A stretch of 63,574 nt of DNA, filler included, from Octopus bimaculoides (taxonomy: Eukaryota): NCBI RefSeq assembly GCF_001194135.2. It is 6 parts of 5 records of this genome, joined end to end, with 100 filler letters (N's around TTAATTAATTAA, not from the genome) between each part and the next. Parts side by side here need not be neighbours in the genome. Positions count along the whole stretch, not along the records: positions 61,248 to 63,574 come from NW_026382094.1; 5 more parts are not named here. One strand, 5' to 3'. Below are positions 62,223 to 63,574 of the stretch, piece after piece; position 1 is the first letter of the stretch; every line of letters begins with the position of its first letter. A program made the position numbers and the translations under genes. The notes under the pieces are model-generated. The model saw nothing but the letters and a program-made list of their open reading frames with translations. It searched no databases and was not told where the DNA came from.

Positions 62223-63378
62223 TTGGGTCATCCCATAAATAATGTGGTTTTTTTAGACTTCTATTTTTCAAAATTAAGATAAACAACATCCTTTTTTAAT
62301 CTAAAATATACTCTCCTTCATTTTCTACAATGCTCTTCCATCTATCTTGTAGACTTGCAAGGACCCTCTTCTAAAATTCACTTGATGTGATGAAAAATAC
62401 TCCACCAGTACTTTTCTGACCTCATCTACAGAATTCATATTTTTTCCATCCAAATGATTTTATGGGGCAATGTCCAGTAAATATGGTGGGTGGGGCATTA
62501 TTTCCCATTCAGACTGCTCCAGCCTTTGGAATGTCATCCTCGCTGAAGATGGCCGTAGCACTGACTTAAGCCACTCGAGCTGCTCACAGTAAATCTCCTT
62601 TGTTATCGTTTGGTTTGGGTTTAAAAGTTCAAAGAGGACTAAAGCTTTCATATCGCACCAAACAGATAACACCTTACATGGGTGAATGTCTTTAGCCTGG
62701 GGTGCTGGTCTTTCTCTCTTCCCTACCCACAGTCTTTGGCCCAGAACATTTTTATAGACATCCCATTTCTTGTTACCAGTCACTACTCGGTCGGAAAAAG
62801 GTTCATTTTTGAGACGTTACAGCAAAGAAAAGTATACATTCACTCTCTGCATGCGATTAGACTCGGAAAGTTTGTGAGGAACCTATTGGCTCAATTTGAT
62901 GACATTTCTGATAGCATGCAGTTGTTGATGAATGGTTGAATGACCAAATCCGAGCTTCTCTGCTAGTTCCTCAACAGTTACGATGAGATTTTGCTACACA
63001 GCTCTTCCAGGACGAGGCTCATCTTCTAGGCTGTAGTTTCCGGCTCGGAATTTCTGGAATCACCACTGACACTGGCTTACACTTATTGTCTGATCCCCTA
63101 TACTACATTAATATCCTTGCATTTTCCATTGCGTTGGTGCTTTTATTGAACTCATAAAGCAAAATATGTTGAATATGCTTCTTTGTCACTTCTACTGTAG
63201 CTTTGAAAAGATAACTTAAAATCAAACTGCACTCTTGAAAACTTGCTTAAAGAATAAGAACAATGTAAAATTACTACCTGCTTTTATAGCGAAGTTGATG
63301 CCTGTAGTTTATCCCGTCCCCCTCTGACTTTTAGTTCATGCAACTAGGAAAAACTGCATTATTTATGGGATGACCCAA
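62223..63378 (-). mobile_element. Mariner transposon with both TIRs and a pseudogenised transposase
   Basis: TA|TTGGGTCATCCCATAAATAATG(TG/CA)GTTTTT TIRs at both ends with TA duplication. Transposase remnants: KHIQHILLYEF, *VPHKL (WVPHEL), VTGNKKW (first catalytic D region), PHPPYLLDIAP (YSPDLAP). Several stops, frameshifts and deletions. Confidence 0.93.
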
Positions 63379-63574
63379 TACAAATACTTGTAGGAAACAG
63401 GTATAGACATTAAGAATTCTGATTTGATGATGGAGCAAGGCTCCAATCAGGTGTAGAATGATATTGTAGATAAAGTCATAAAAGCTAAGAGATATATAAA
63501 AAAAAGAATGAAAATAAATGGATAGCAAGGAATACTATCAGACAACTTGGCTTGCCAATTTTCCATATAGAAGG

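Overview
This is AT-rich, gap-riddled eukaryotic genomic DNA. The repeat families, the microsatellite load and the N-TTAATTAATTAA-N scaffold linkers suggest a draft octopus (coleoid cephalopod) assembly; this is an inference. Only two host genes are firmly supported. One is a minus-strand MRPS33 (mitochondrial ribosomal protein S33, 104 aa), with coding exons at 8193-8401 and 5900-6005. The other is a tRNA-Ile(AAT) gene at 36123-36196. The rest is mostly SINEs, microsatellites and decayed transposons: RTE, CR1, Tx1/L1, R4/Dong-type RLE LINEs, Penelope, mariner/Tc1, pogo/Tigger, hAT, piggyBac-like and Chapaev-like elements, and Helitron-like pieces. The items most worth follow-up are: (1) a pre-miRNA-like hairpin at 25646-25705 with correctly spaced basal UG and CNNC motifs; (2) minimal hammerhead-ribozyme-like cores in Penelope-type repeat tails; (3) at least eight fold-back (inverted-repeat) structures of different origin; (4) sharp CpG-depleted versus CpG-retaining domains, which mark the MRPS33 gene body and predict an unidentified gene across about 40-63 kb. 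Transposon boundaries and identities were read by eye and are approximate unless termini are quoted.
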